A stretch of 64,000 nt of DNA. Source: Amoebophrya sp. A120. Its lineage: Eukaryota > Protista > Dinoflagellata. Under the pieces are notes generated by a model. It worked only from the letters and a program-made list of their open reading frames with translations, ran no database searches and was not told the origin of the DNA. Each line of letters begins with the position of its first letter. Within the stretch, counting starts at the first letter, position 1. The translations under genes were made by a program, and so were the position numbers. Below are positions 50,501 through 61,402 of this stretch, piece after piece. Location of the stretch: positions 156,969 to 220,968 of the forward strand of contig CAJINV010000004.1 in NCBI GenBank assembly GCA_905178155.1. Reading direction: 5' to 3'.

Positions 50501-53500
50501 GGCGTCTGCGTCTCGTATCGCATGTGTTTTGCCCTGTGCGCTGCGTTCAAGGACTGCTTCGGCTTCGTGTATGACAGGAACGCCCACATGCCGTATCAAA
50601 AGGAAAAATCCCCCCTCCACATATCAGAACGAAGTTTCTGATGCTGGATTTCGGTACACAAATCTGTCTTGCAGTAGAGAACTGCAGACATATGCCAAGC
50701 CCGATTCGAGAGGTTTTGGCGTAGGCGCCTAGCATGGCAAACGTCTAGGCTGTATCTGTAAGCCCAACAGCATCACAAACCGCCTGCATAACGCGCCGGA
50801 CTCTCTGGGTTCGCCTTCTTGCAACACAGATAGGATTTGTGGTCACAAATCTGCCCCACAAATTTTCAGACGAGTGCGTTTTCCATATGGGGAGGGGGGA
50901 TTTTTCCTCACAATATGCCGGGGGGGCACCCCTATGATTACAAAGGGATCGCCGTCGACGGAAGTGACTTCGACTCCGGAGGGCATATGAAATGCAAAAA
51001 TGTCATCTGGGTCTGGAAGAGTGCCAGACTTGTCATGCAGGTTTTCCATGACCCATGAGGTCTGGCATGTAGGACATAGCATGACAGATCCTGTGAGAGT
51101 TCCATAATCATGCCTATCCTGCATGTGGAACTGCCTCTCGATTAGGTCAAAAGTGGACAGCTTTTGGTAATCATGCAACACAGATCTTCACATGATTCAG
51201 ATTCAGCATGACAAGTTGCTTTGTTCCAGACCCAGACGCTTTTACATTTGATAGGGCAGTATCAAATGCAAAAAGTAATATTATGTCTGGGTCAACATCT
51301 GGAAGAATCACAATCAGCGTGCGTAAGTTTGTCAGGCGGCATCTTCTGCATCTTTTGGATTCCACAGCTGTTTTGGAATGCACCGCGCGAATAAAGCATA
51401 ATAGAAAATATGCTCAGGTCTGTTGATGCCTATCCAGGAACAACAGGAGAAAATCCCTTTTTGCAGTGCAAAAAGAAATGGACAACTTTTGGCGTTTATG
51501 CAACACGAATTTTTGCATTGTCCCGACTTTCCATGACAAGCTCGCATTCTTCTAGAGGACGTAGTAGACTACACATTTGCAATGCATAGGCAGGGGGACC
51601 ACACCATCCCCCCGGCGGAGCTAAATCGCGGAGATGGCAGGGAGGCCCCGAACTTCCGCCCGGAAGACATGCAGACTTACGGAGGCGATCCCATATCAAA
51701 TGCAATTTAGCGAAGATCTGGGTCATCTGGGAGAATGCACTTGTCTGTCATGCACGTTTTTTTGCATGACCACCCGTGACTGAGCGTGATCATGTCATCT
51801 GTGATGCATGCCATAGTACCACCGATTTTCTGAGGACTTCCTGATGCAAATCCCGCCTGAGAAAAAAATTTCTGTCCGCAACGTAAAAAAAACTGGACTC
51901 ATCTTGCTGCTCATGCAATACAGATCCTGTTAGAATCCAAGCGCGGCATTACAGGATGAGATCCTTCCAGACTCAGACATATTTGTTGTGCATAACCCGT
52001 TTGCGGTGGCAACATGGACCATATTACAGTGCACAACTCCCCCTCCCCCTCATTTGTATTGCATGAACGGCAAGACAAACACCCCCACCTGTGCAGCCTG
52101 TGCATAGCAAGTTCATGCGCCTAGTGTGCGTACTGTTTGGGCCGCTTCCGGAATCTGTCACGCAAACAATACCATGCAGCAGCGCTTGGGTTTGGTATTC
52201 TGCATGACAAATGAGGGGGAGGCGGGGGAGTTGTGCACCCTCATAGACAAGGACAAGTTCGGGAATGAGACGCGGAGCTGCTACTTTCTGGGTCAAGAGT
52301 TTTATGAACTGCAAATATGCTTTGGTCTGGAAAAATCTGCAGGACTTGTCATGCAGGTTTTTCATGACCCATGGCATGCGGTCCTCTGGTAGACATGCAT
52401 ACTGGCATTGCAGATTCTGTGTAGTTGACCTCTCTACTAGTATGCCTCTCCTGCATGAGAATAAACTGCCTCGCAACTGAGTCAAAAGTGGACAGCTTTT
52501 GGTACTCAGGCAACTTCTACACAGATTTTGGCGCGAGCATGAGAAGTTGCAACCTCCCCGACCGCCCAAACGTATCTGCAGTTGATAAGTTTGCGGACTA
52601 CACAAACTGGCTATGAATTGCAAAAGTATCGTACTTGTACTAGTAGCAATTGCATTACAAATTGGCTCAGCGCTGGAGATTGAATTTGTAAAGTGCTATA
52701 TTTACCTTGAGAAATAAGAGATTTGTCATGCATATTTCTTTGCGATGAGCACGAGTGCGATACTTTTGCACAGGATATTGGCCGGTCGGCCACGACGATC
52801 AGCGGGAAAGCGACATACCAAAAGGAAAAATCCACCCTCCTCAGATCAAAACGGAAATTTGTGATGCAGGATTTGTGTACACAAATCAAATCTGTCTTGC
52901 TGTAGGGTACTGCACGCAGATCGCAAGCCTAGGCAGGGGCCGTTTGATGTACGTGCTTAGCATGGCAAACGTCGGCCCTGTAGGCCTTACAGCATGACAA
53001 ATCGCCTGCGAAACGTGGCGGAGTCTCTGCGTTTGCCTTCCTGCAAGACAGATGACGGGATCTATGGCGATGGCCACAAATCTGCGTCACAAATTTCAGA
53101 AGGATGCGCTTTCAATTTGGGGAAGGTGGATCTTTCCGTGCAATGCGACAATCTCAGCACGGCGTGCCCTGAAGGTCAACAGACCGACTCAAGCAACCAA
53201 TTCTGCTACGCTTTCAATGAAGCAACCGACTCAAGCGTCGATCCCGATGGCGATCCCGATGCCGATTGCCCCACCTGCAAGTTTAAGGATGACACGGAAT
53301 GGGCCAACGGAAGCGCAGCGCCCTGGAACAACGACCGCGATGACAGGACAAGACTTCAGTTCAAGCACACAGGTAATGATGGGAAGCCCACCTACAAAAG
53401 CGCAACAGCTATGGGGGCGTAATCAGGAACAGGTTCGACAAAGTTGAAATAACTTGCAAGGCGTAAAACAGCTTTCAGTTGGAACGAAGCCCAAGGTCTA

Positions 53501-54486
53501 CGGGGCGCATGAAAAATTTTGGTAGCACCTAAACTGATAGATTCAGTTTGTCATGCTGTTTGGGGAGAGAGAGCATCTTTTGTCATGCTAAATTGAGCGG
53601 CTGTGTCTCTATCTAATCAGTGGTCTCCAACCCACCCAAACAGGCTCACAATGGTCGTCGTTTGCTTGCCCTCATAATCATACGTCCTATATTTATAAAT
53701 GCAATGTCCAGGAGCAGGACATTGGATTTTATGCACGAACAAGACAAGTGCAAGTTAGTAGTCATTTCAACTTTATTTTCAAAATTCCATTTCGACCCTC
53801 ACACTTCCATAAAAGCAGAACCGAGCGACTTCGGTATCAAATGTAAAAATGTCTGGGTCTGGAAGAATGCAGTTTGTCATGCGAAATCTGAAGCATGCAA
53901 AAATCTGTGTTGCATTATTACCAAAACTCGTCCAGTTTTGACCAAGTCGGGAGGCAGTTTCTCATGCAGGATAGGCATGAGAAAGATCGCACAGAATCTG
54001 TCATGCTAGGTCCTGCATTCCAGACCTCACGGGTCATGGAAAATCTGCATGACAAATCGCGCATTCTTCCAGACCCAGACATTTTTACACTTGATATTCG
54101 GCCTCCTGTACCAAAATTACGCGGAGAATTTTGACACCCTGATTATGACCCCAACGTGCCGAATATGACAGTGCACAACTCCCCCTCGGTCTCATTTCTC
54201 ATGCAGAATACCCAACCCACGCTTTGCCTCCTGTCACTATTATGCATGACAAGTTCCGGTAGCCCAAATACCACTATACTTCAGTGCAAATTCGTCATGC
54301 AAAACCGGCATTCTTGCTGATGCTTGCATTGCCGTTCATGCTATACAAATGAGGGGGAGGGGGAGTTGTGCACTGGTATACCGAAACGCGGCCCAGAATC
54401 ACGCCCAGCTCTCGCTTCTGATCGACAAAGTGATAGACGCGAACACCGACGCTACAGGCGTGGTACAGACTACCCTTGCCACCTGA
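20509..54486 (+). CDS. Secreted Cys-rich PAN/Apple-domain protein, ~1,400 aa, 58 exons and 57 TIR introns
   Basis: Signal peptide MWRVCSSFILFATPAVA. PAN-like motifs: FDECVSACL..GCEGIVY..GHCWLK, AEGCFEWCFRSSKCVAFTL, TECAKVCTQLVPRCVGFTY, KECALQCFREVACNAF..CCVLF, MCFALCAAFKDCFGFVY. Ends ..GVVQTTLAT* (TGA 54484-54486). Elements removed, each plus 5 nt (plus 3 nt for 44022): 20562-20947, 21000-21262, 21316-22287, 22401-22619, 22665-23009, 23029-23745, 23758-25281, 25439-25784, 25856-26194, 26410-26787, 26902-27181, 27216-27376, 27407-27688, 27738-27971, 28073-28313, 28471-29632, 29677-29942, 30008-31606, 31651-33477, 33604-33865, 33939-35115, 35122-37285, 37361-37612, 37850-38159, 38218-38482, 38576-38911, 38958-39211, 39253-39512, 39547-39876, 39924-40185, 40243-41409, 41544-41763, 41789-42013, 42082-42385, 42554-42882, 42932-43256, 43338-43589, 43642-43964, 44022-46279, 46373-46527, 46575-46799, 46852-47006, 47027-47306, 47336-47486, 47564-47886, 48014-50285, 50594-50915, 50986-51253, 51260-51588, 51694-51994, 52022-52245, 52303-52587, 52612-52777, 52816-53145, 53410-53811, 53835-54096, 54164-54380. 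A hand count leaves 4,212 nt with no internal stop. Confidence 0.9.
21000..21262. mobile_element. Family A introner, young subfamily (near-identical to 53835-54096 and 56416-56677)
   Basis: TSD GGGCA; shared body AATCTGAAGCATG..CCAGTTTTGACCAAGTCGGGAGG. Confidence 0.95.
23758..25281. mobile_element. Degenerate introner with GC-rich insert (1.5 kb)
   Basis: TATGCAAATAAAAAACCCTTCCCATAC...GTATGGGGAGGAAAAAGTTTGCA; removal restores the frame. Confidence 0.65.
25856..26194. mobile_element. Family C introner beside a PAN cysteine codon
   Basis: Flanks CTGCG/CCGCG; TIR TATGAATCTGTCAGG / CCTGGCGCTTCCATA. Confidence 0.9.
27216..27376. mobile_element. Family B introner
   Basis: TATCCTGTGCAAAAGTATCGCACTC...GAGTGCGATACTTTTGCGGTTCATA; TSD TAAAA. 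Confidence 0.95.
28073..28313. mobile_element. Family E introner (TATGAGAGTGCACAA); also 6182, 41789, 46575, 52022, 54164
   Basis: TATGAGAGTGCACAATTCCCC...GGGGAGTTGTGCACTGTCATG; TSD CAACA. Confidence 0.9.
28471..29632. mobile_element. Family C introner with ~0.85-kb GC-rich insert
   Basis: Family C ends; flanks GGTCG/GGCGG. Confidence 0.8.
30008..31606. mobile_element. Family B introner with ~1.45-kb insert
   Basis: Intact family B ends; perfect TSD AATGC. Confidence 0.9.
31651..33477. mobile_element. Family C introner with ~1.5-kb insert
   Basis: TAGGGATGTGTCAGG...CCTGACGCTTCCATA; perfect TSD AGCCG. Confidence 0.9.
34045..34840. mobile_element. Dispersed ~0.8-kb insert; second copy at 48074-~48770
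   Basis: Both copies begin TATGAACGGACA and are colinear (GAATGAAACGAGCGACCTA, CTCGAGCGGTCGGGTGGAGAAAA, CACAAATTCGCAAA). Confidence 0.85.
35217..37218. mobile_element. 2-kb non-autonomous TIR element nested in family B introner 35122-37285
   Basis: 21-bp perfect inverted repeat CGGTACGCGCTGAGGCCTAGA (35221-35241 / 37194-37214); internal GGGGGCCCCC arrays. Confidence 0.8.
40483..41324. mobile_element. MITE-like element nested in introner 40243-41409
   Basis: TGAGCCAGTA...TACTGGTTCA flanked by CATG on both sides; subterminal CCAGTACACGAAGGG / CCCTTCGTGTACTGG. Confidence 0.75.
41544..41763. mobile_element. Family G introner (TATCACAGGAAAAAAGTG); also 22401, 27738, 60879
   Basis: TATCACAGGAAAAAAGTGTTACAGTT...AACTGTAACACTTTTATTTTCTTGTGATA; TSD CACCA. 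Confidence 0.9.
43642..43964. mobile_element. Family D introner (TATCAAAAGGAAAAATCCCCCCTCCCC); also 38576, 40243, 42554, 42932, 50594, 52816
   Basis: Long TIR; perfect TSD ATTCG. Confidence 0.95.
44860..45030. repeat. ~11-12-bp minisatellite CCC(A/G)GACACAC, with inverted copies at 44755-44795
   Basis: Read directly. Confidence 0.8.
45090..45725. repeat. 92-bp GC-rich tandem repeat, ~7 units, inside introner 44022-46279
   Basis: Unit CCCGGACACCGTGCGGCCACGGGGCGAAAGCCCTAGGCCAGCGCGGGGACTCGGTCCCCGCGTCATGGCCTAGGGGTCAGCTGCAAGTGCTT; period measured 45255 to 45347. Confidence 0.95.
48014..50285. mobile_element. Family F introner with two successive inserts
   Basis: TATCCTGTTTAAAAACG...CGTTTTTACACAGGATA; perfect TSD TGCTC; the subterminal ~50 bp is present three times. 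Confidence 0.9.
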
Positions 54487-55688
54487 GGAGCTAGCACTAC
54501 AACATGAAGATCTCGAACACGACCGGCGCTACAGGCTTGGAACACAGTACTTTTTACCCTTGCGAAGTAGAACGGAGCTAAGACTTCGTTCAACATCTCC
54601 CCGCGACCTTAGGCAAGGGCGACCATGACCGGCATGTGCTCGACTTGTTCTAGTCCACCGCCGAATTATGAATCTCACGAGCGTGGTGCCGCAGAAGTGC
54701 AGTGGTCTCGTATCAAGGTCATGCTGGTGTTCGTCCACCTGCGAACTGCATCGAAGAATCTGCGTCCCGGCTGTCGCGATGGGCTCCGGCTCCGGGCCGA
54801 GAAGAGTATATTTATCTATCAACCGCGAATATGTTCTTTGGGCGGGGAAACAACTTGTAGGCAATGCTATTTCTATGAGTGAAAGTGATGAACGAGAACG
54901 TACGCAGCCAAGCATGAAAATTTTAGGAACAATGTTCTTGTGATGCGTGTTGACACCCATGAGAAACGGGGTGTAGTCGGCATCGCAATAAAGTTACAGT
55001 GCTTGCGTCCCTGAAAATTATGTAGTACACAGCTCAGGAGTATGAAGAGAGTGCAAAACCCTACAAGTCTGGCACTGCTCCAGCCCCATACGCGTTTGCA
55101 TTCGATAGTGCACCGCTGTCCAGGCTGATTACTAGATGTGGCAGTTCAAGATGAGAAAACCTGCGACAGGGAAAGCACAGTGCGCGTGGTCGACTTTGGT
55201 TAGTGATATGCAACAGCAACGACCACAACCTCAAAAACAAAAGCCCACTGTCCATCGGTATCGTTCAGTTCCACCACCACTGTGCCGAAATATTTGATTT
55301 TCGGAAGCTGCGGCCTCTATTTCAGATCCAGTTTCTGCTACAACTCATCCGTCAGTTCAAACAGCGGGAGGTGGCGCCATCTACCTGTTCTTGGGTCGGG
55401 AATTTTTGGGCGGGATCGAAATGTGGACCAGAAAAACGCTACCTAGTTCTGTAATCTATGAAGCTGCTTGGTGAACAAGATTATGCAAAACAAATTATTT
55501 TGCGAGTCAGTTAATTGTTGTTCCATCATCATGTCCAAAATATGAGTTATTTCGATGCACTTTTTGCTGTTCTGGTATGTACATAGAAGAATAGATACTA
55601 CACAACAAGGAGGTTAGTACTAGACGTAGATGATTTATTTTGATTTCGAAGAAAGTGACATCTTAAATTGGTCTAGTTTTGCTGTATC

Positions 55689-57880
55689 TATGCATTGCAA
55701 ATATGTTTGGGTCTGGGACGAGGATGGGGATTCGCCGCGATGGTGCCCATTGACGCTCACACAAAAAAAAATAGCTCTGATGCATAAGAAAGTGGTAAGA
55801 AAAACCCTCTACTTAATATATTTTGGCCACCATGAAGAGGACGTCGACTCGGGACTTCTGCTGCAGAATAGGCATCCTCACTTTCAATTGCGTTCGTAAA
55901 GCTTTTGCAGACTCTAGCAGACTGGGCCGCGCCCTTGTTCACCTTCTACATCTACTTAGACTCCTGCATGAGATGAAACTTCGCCATTTTATTTCCAGAT
56001 CCAGACCTCGACATGTCTGCATTTGATACCTAGAAGCTGCCAGGTATGGATGTGTCAGGATCGAAATCAACAAAATCGAAATAATTCGTGATGCATAAAA
56101 TGGATACCATTACCACTTGAGGCCGCAGCTTCCAAGTGGCGCATGATAAAGTTCGGGAGCACCAAGATCCAGTCTGTCATGCTGTTTGGGCAAAGAAGAC
56201 TGCTCCTCTCATGCTACTCTGTCAGCACATTCCATACCCCAAAACAGGCTTGCAATCGGCCTCATTTGCCTGCTGCCCAACACAGGCCTTCGGTGCCCTA
56301 CATTTTAGGCATTACAAATTTTTCGATTTTGGCGATTTCGATCCTGACACTCTCATACCAGGCTCCGGAAGGACCTGAACAACCTGAACCGGGATTGCAA
56401 TAAACAGTCATGTCGTATCAAATGGAAAAATGTCTGGGTCTGGAAGAATGCAACTTGTCATGCGAAATCTGAAGCATGTAAAAATCTGTGTTGCCTGATT
56501 ACCAAAAGTCGTCCAGTTTTGACCAAGTCGGGAGGGAGTTTCTCCCGCGGGATAGGCATGAGAGAGATCGTACAGAGTCTGTCACTCTAGGTCCTGCATT
56601 CCAGACCTCATGGGTCATGGAAAATCTGCATGAAAAATCGCGCACTCTTCCAGACCCACACATTTTTACACTTGATACGTCGTCAAATTGATACTTTATT
56701 TCCGGCCTGAAACAAACACAAAGCCAACTATCTGGCAGGAAGATAAAAGCGCAGCTTCTACAGTTGCGAATACAAGAATCCAGGCCATGGCTACTTCTGC
56801 AAACCAACTACGTAGTGTTGGTAGGACATTTTCAGGCGCGAGGTGGAAGTATCTCCCGGATCAGGGAAAAAAGGTACATAATACAAAGATGTCCATTTTT
56901 GTGTCTGCGACGCCGTGAGAGTTGTTGTAATGTCACAAGAACTCTGCGATGAGTGTTTACATATAGTCATAGACGACCTGTTGTATAGAAGATATGGAAG
57001 CGGGACCGCCACGATCGAAATCGACAAAGTTGGAAAAATGCGCGATGCACAAAATCGGCATCAGTTGGATGAAGCCCAAGCAATCTCTTTCTCTAAGCTA
57101 GCTGCGCATGAAAATAAACTTCCCGAGCGCCGTTTTTTATGATCCAGTTCTTTGTCATGCTGTTTGGGCAAAAATGAAAAAAACGCTCTCTGTCGTGCTA
57201 CTATAGCAACTTCTCTATCTAGTACTCCACGATTTCCAAACAGGCTTGCAATCGCCTTCACTCGCGTGCCCTCCGATCCAGGTGGTTTGATGTGCAGTGC
57301 TGCATGTCACTCGTCATAGATTATTTCGACTTTGTCGATTTCGATCCTGTAAAACCCTGGCACTTTGCTACTGCAATGAAAAATCGCAGCCAGGCAGCAT
57401 GGCGAGTGCGAGTTTTTCAGCTCCACCTACATACGCGTTGCGCATGATTCCACCGCATGTGTTGCAATAACCTTTTTTCTTTGCACGATGGCTAGAACAT
57501 CAAAGAGGCAAGTTTGGTGGGGTACTAGGTCCCCCTGTTCGTTCTGCGACTTTGCAGGACTGATTTTTTATTTGCAGGAGCGGGACTGCATATCCATTTG
57601 AAACTGCAAAGATGTCTCTCTGGGTCTGAAAGGATTATGCGCACTCGCGACGCGCATTTCGCAACACGCGCAAATCTATGACTATGCACATGCAGCAATA
57701 TTAAATGTTGCCCATCTCCGGACACCACAACTGGGAATTTGTCGTTCGGATTAGGCATTGCTGAACCTGCTCGAAACCTGTGACCCTATGCCAGACTTTC
57801 TGTGTCATCCAAAAGGAGCACGGCAAAATCTGCATTCTTGACCGACCCAGACAAAACACCAGACAAGTTTGCACTGCATA
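55689..57880. mobile_element. Cluster of introners downstream of the PAN gene (55689-56028, 56045-56357, 56416-56677, degenerate 56993-~57350, 57591-57880); host gene unresolved
   Basis: Family A and C ends; flanks CCAGG/CCAGG and TGTCG/CGTCG. Confidence 0.8.
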
Positions 57881-58952
57881 GGCCACTTCAGGGCAGAAGT
57901 TTGGCGACGCCCGTCTCCAGAGTTCAGCTAGACAGACTACGCCCAGCAGTTGCTTCGCGCTGCACGGTTTATCTGCTGCCCTCTGCTGCATCATCAAGCG
58001 GGGAGAGGGTAAAAAAAAGCAGTTTTTCTGCTCCGCGCAGTCTGACTCTGAAAAAAGATAGTGGCGCTTTCGGCTGGGGCCGATGATGTGATGCGTTTGA
58101 TAGCGCAAATTTTGTTTTTGGCAGCCTCCTGTCGGCCGCTCCGGCTTTTTGGAAATTGGAAAAAAGTGCTATTTTTCACAGCCTGCAAGCGGCCGACAAA
58201 ATATAACGATTTCGTGTAGTATGACCCGGAAACTGCTTCGAAAATGAAAAAAGAAAACGAAAAGCGTTGCACTTTTCGCAGCGTGGAAGCGGCCGACAGA
58301 AGGTAGGAGTTCATTTGTCCGGGGCGCAAAAGCTGCAACTGCTCGAAAGTTGGGTCTTTTTTTTGAAAAAGCAGAAATCACTTAAAAATTGCCGCTACAA
58401 AGAGGCTTTCAAATTTGACCGGAGGCGGAGGTGTGTCACACGGGCAGCACGGTTTTCTTCCTGTAAAGGGGCCACAACTGCGACCTTCTCCCCGCTTGGA
58501 AGTGCTCGACTTTGGCGGCCCAAGGGGGCTGCCAGAAATGAGGAAAATTGCGCACCACTAAACTTTTTGGAATTTGTGTATTTTTCTGGGCCCGCGAGCC
58601 CTCGTGCATAACGTTCTGCGGGACGGAGCGCTGCTCGGGAAAAAGCGCAGCCTTTTGCGCGCCCTTGCTTTCTGGTTCGAATATTAGGGCGCGACCCGAA
58701 GCGGGCTGCAGTGTTGGACCGCGGCCCTGCGACACCAACAGGTCTACAAGTAGACAGACCGCGACCAGCTGCCTTCTGCTGCATCGTAACAAGGCGCTCT
58801 ATTTCAATTGGCGATCGATCCTTGCATCAGGTGAGCAGGCCGTGACTCGTGTTGCTTCGCTTGTGTTTCTTTCCGTGTATTTCTATTTCACATTCTTCAC
58901 TGGAGCCGTTAATTTTTGTTCTCGCGTACAAACGAAACCGATTTCAATTCCC

Positions 58953-59455
58953 GATGGCCGAGGAGCTCCTGGCCATCGCTTTTGCGTGCCTCGGCCGGAG
59001 AGTGATGTTTTGCCCGAACGAAAGGCGATGGCCAAAAGTGATGGCCAAGGAGCTCGCGGCCACTACTCTTGCCCGAACCGATCGGAAAGTGATGGCCGAG
59101 GAGCTTTTGCCAACCACTTTTGCCCGACCGGAAATAACTGATGGCCGCCGAAAGTGGTGGCCAAGGAGCTCCTGGCCATCACTTTGCTTGGTTGGTTGCC
59201 CGTCGGCCCGTCCGAGCGAAAAGCGATGGCCGGGGAGCCATTGGCCATCAATCACTTTTGCCCGAGCAGAGTGATGGCCAAGGGGCTCTTGGCCATCACT
59301 TTCGCCCGACGGACCGGAAACACTTTTGCCCGGGCGAAAAGCGGACCGGAAACATTTTTGCTCGACCGGGAAGCCGGCCGGAAAGTGATAGTCAAGCAGG
59401 ATCTTTTGGCCATCACTTTTGCCTAACCCGACCGGAGAGTGATGGCCCAGGAGTT
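58953..59455. repeat. Array of ~8 palindromic units GTGATGGCC-n-GGCCATCAC
   Basis: Read directly; flanked by a ~68-bp direct repeat at 58886-58953 and 59699-59766. Confidence 0.85.
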
Positions 59456-60071
59456 CGCGGCAGGGTTTTTGGTCCCCGCGATGCCATGAAATGCGTGGCA
59501 TCTCTGTGCGCCATACCATGCGGAGTAATATTCTGCGCGATGGTATGGCGAACAGGAAAAATGGAAAGGCCCAATCTGTTACACATTGCCTCGAGACGGA
59601 ACCTTCTAAGCACATTTGTTTAGAATTATTTTTCTAAGCGCCTCCTATACATTATAGCAAAGGGGGAGGCAAAACTCGCTTCACTATTATTATAATTTTT
59701 TCACATTCTTGACTGGAGCCCCTAACTTTTGTTCTCGCGTACAAACGAAACCGATTTCAATTCCCGGTGGAAAGTCTCGCACTCCAAGTTCCGAAGTCTA
59801 ATATGCCTGACACAGTAAAAACTGGAGCAAAAAATTCTGGAAATAATTCGTGCAAAGACAAAGAGGTTTCTTTTATCGTAATCCAGATCCACGATTGGCT
59901 TTGCGTTTCTTGCGTCTCTGCTCCCCAGGTTTTCCCCAAATGAGTAAAATTCTCGTATTCAAGAACAGTGAGTAAGGTTGCAACTACAGCTGAGTGACTC
60001 TTGTAACATCACCTGAGGGAGGTGCATTTCTATTTGATGCGTCGCTGCCTATCTGGTGGGCTGCAAGGAAG

Positions 60072-61402
60072 ATGGCCGCCACCATGCCCGCCCGGCATCC
60101 GCTTCTACTCGTCTTTTTTGCTACTGCAGCCGAAGTACTACCGCGGCCGGCTGTTGGAATGGGGTCCTACAGCTTTACGCATTGCAAATGTTTTTGTTCT
60201 GTCTGCGTCTGGGTGTGAAGCATTGCACGACTTGTCATGTACGTTTATGAATATGATTATTTTATGTCTGTGATAGTGATTTTGATGTGTGCCCTAGAAG
60301 CACCACAGACTCGCTGATTGCTTCTTGATGCCAATCCCGCATGAGGAATACCACTTCCGAGGAAGAAGAAAACTGAACACCTCTACTGGATTTTTTTAGA
60401 ATCCAAAACCAGCATAACAAGTTACACCCTTTCAGACCGAGACCTATTTGCAACGCATAGTCTTTCCCGAGGTCGAAATCACGATAATATGGAAGCGTCA
60501 GAATCGAAATGCTAAAATTGAAAATAAAAATAGACGTCGGTGAGTTCGTAGCTACTATGGCACTCTTCGCGTTGATGTGCATGGTGCAAAGGCATGATCT
60601 AGTGCAATTTCATTGGTTACTAGATAGTTAGCTCGCTCAAACGTGCGCTCGCGGACGATGCGTGCGGGCGTGTTTTATAAATATGATTCAAATACCTGCT
60701 CAGTTTGCGACGCGCGTTCTCTATAAAACGCCCTGCCACCTCCACTAGGGGGCGGCATGGTCTGTTTTCATGCAAATTTCTTGCATGCAAATTCAAAAAA
60801 GATTTTACAACTTCGAGAATTTCGATCCTGCCAGCCCCATTCGAAGAGAGCGGCCCGTATTACAAAAGAGAATCTGGCTATCACAGGAAAAAAGTGTACA
60901 GGAGTTACACATTTGCTATAATTTCAGCATCACAATGAAGTCAAAGTTGCAGCTCTGCATGCCAAAGAAAACTTGTAATGCGTAGACTACAACAAGGGAA
61001 AACACGCATGAAATGAGGCTGGCGAGCATTTCCTGCATGACAGAGGTTGTCTGTCTTGTTTGTCTTGCATCAGAGTGTCGTGTAACTGTAAAACATTTTT
61101 CATACGATACTGGCCAGTCGGACACGTTCGTGGACGGCAACCAGCTGAACCGAACCTGCACGAAGCTCATTCATGTACGCAATGCAAAAGTGTTGAAAGC
61201 AAAGTATCGCAATTGCATCATAAATTTCCTTAGCGTGACAGATGGAATTTGTAGTGCTGTTTTGGGTCAGGTGGAAGGCGATTTGTTTTTTATGCATATC
61301 TGCAATTACTAGCACGAGTGCGATAGAAGTACTTTTGCAATGCATATCATGCTGCTCCGAACCATTGGTATGCGGACTCCGACCCTCCCGCGGCCCCGGG
61401 TC
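60072..61402 (+). CDS. 5' exons of a paralog of the secreted PAN/Apple protein; gene continues beyond the window
   Basis: MAATMPARHPLLLVFFATAAEVLPRPAVGMGSYSF|PEVEITI|KSGPYYKRESG|QSDTFVDGNQLNRTCTKLIH|AAPNHWYADSDPPAAPG after removing 60176-60459, 60488-60841, 60879-61109 and 61176-61346. Aligns with QITKGSGQYY...LNCTKLFNAAPNHW of the 20509 gene. Confidence 0.8.

Noticed and set aside
55630-56990. Gene hosting the 55.7-57 kb introners
   Set aside because: Only short joined frames on either strand; neither is convincing.
630-61346. Elements as RT template-switch artefacts, or the genes as pseudogenes
   Set aside because: The analysis is on genomic DNA. Stop-free frames over 58 exons, several synonymous-only TSD differences (TAC GCT/TAT GCC, GAT/GAC, ATA/ATT) and frame restoration without repeat identity all favour functional genes.
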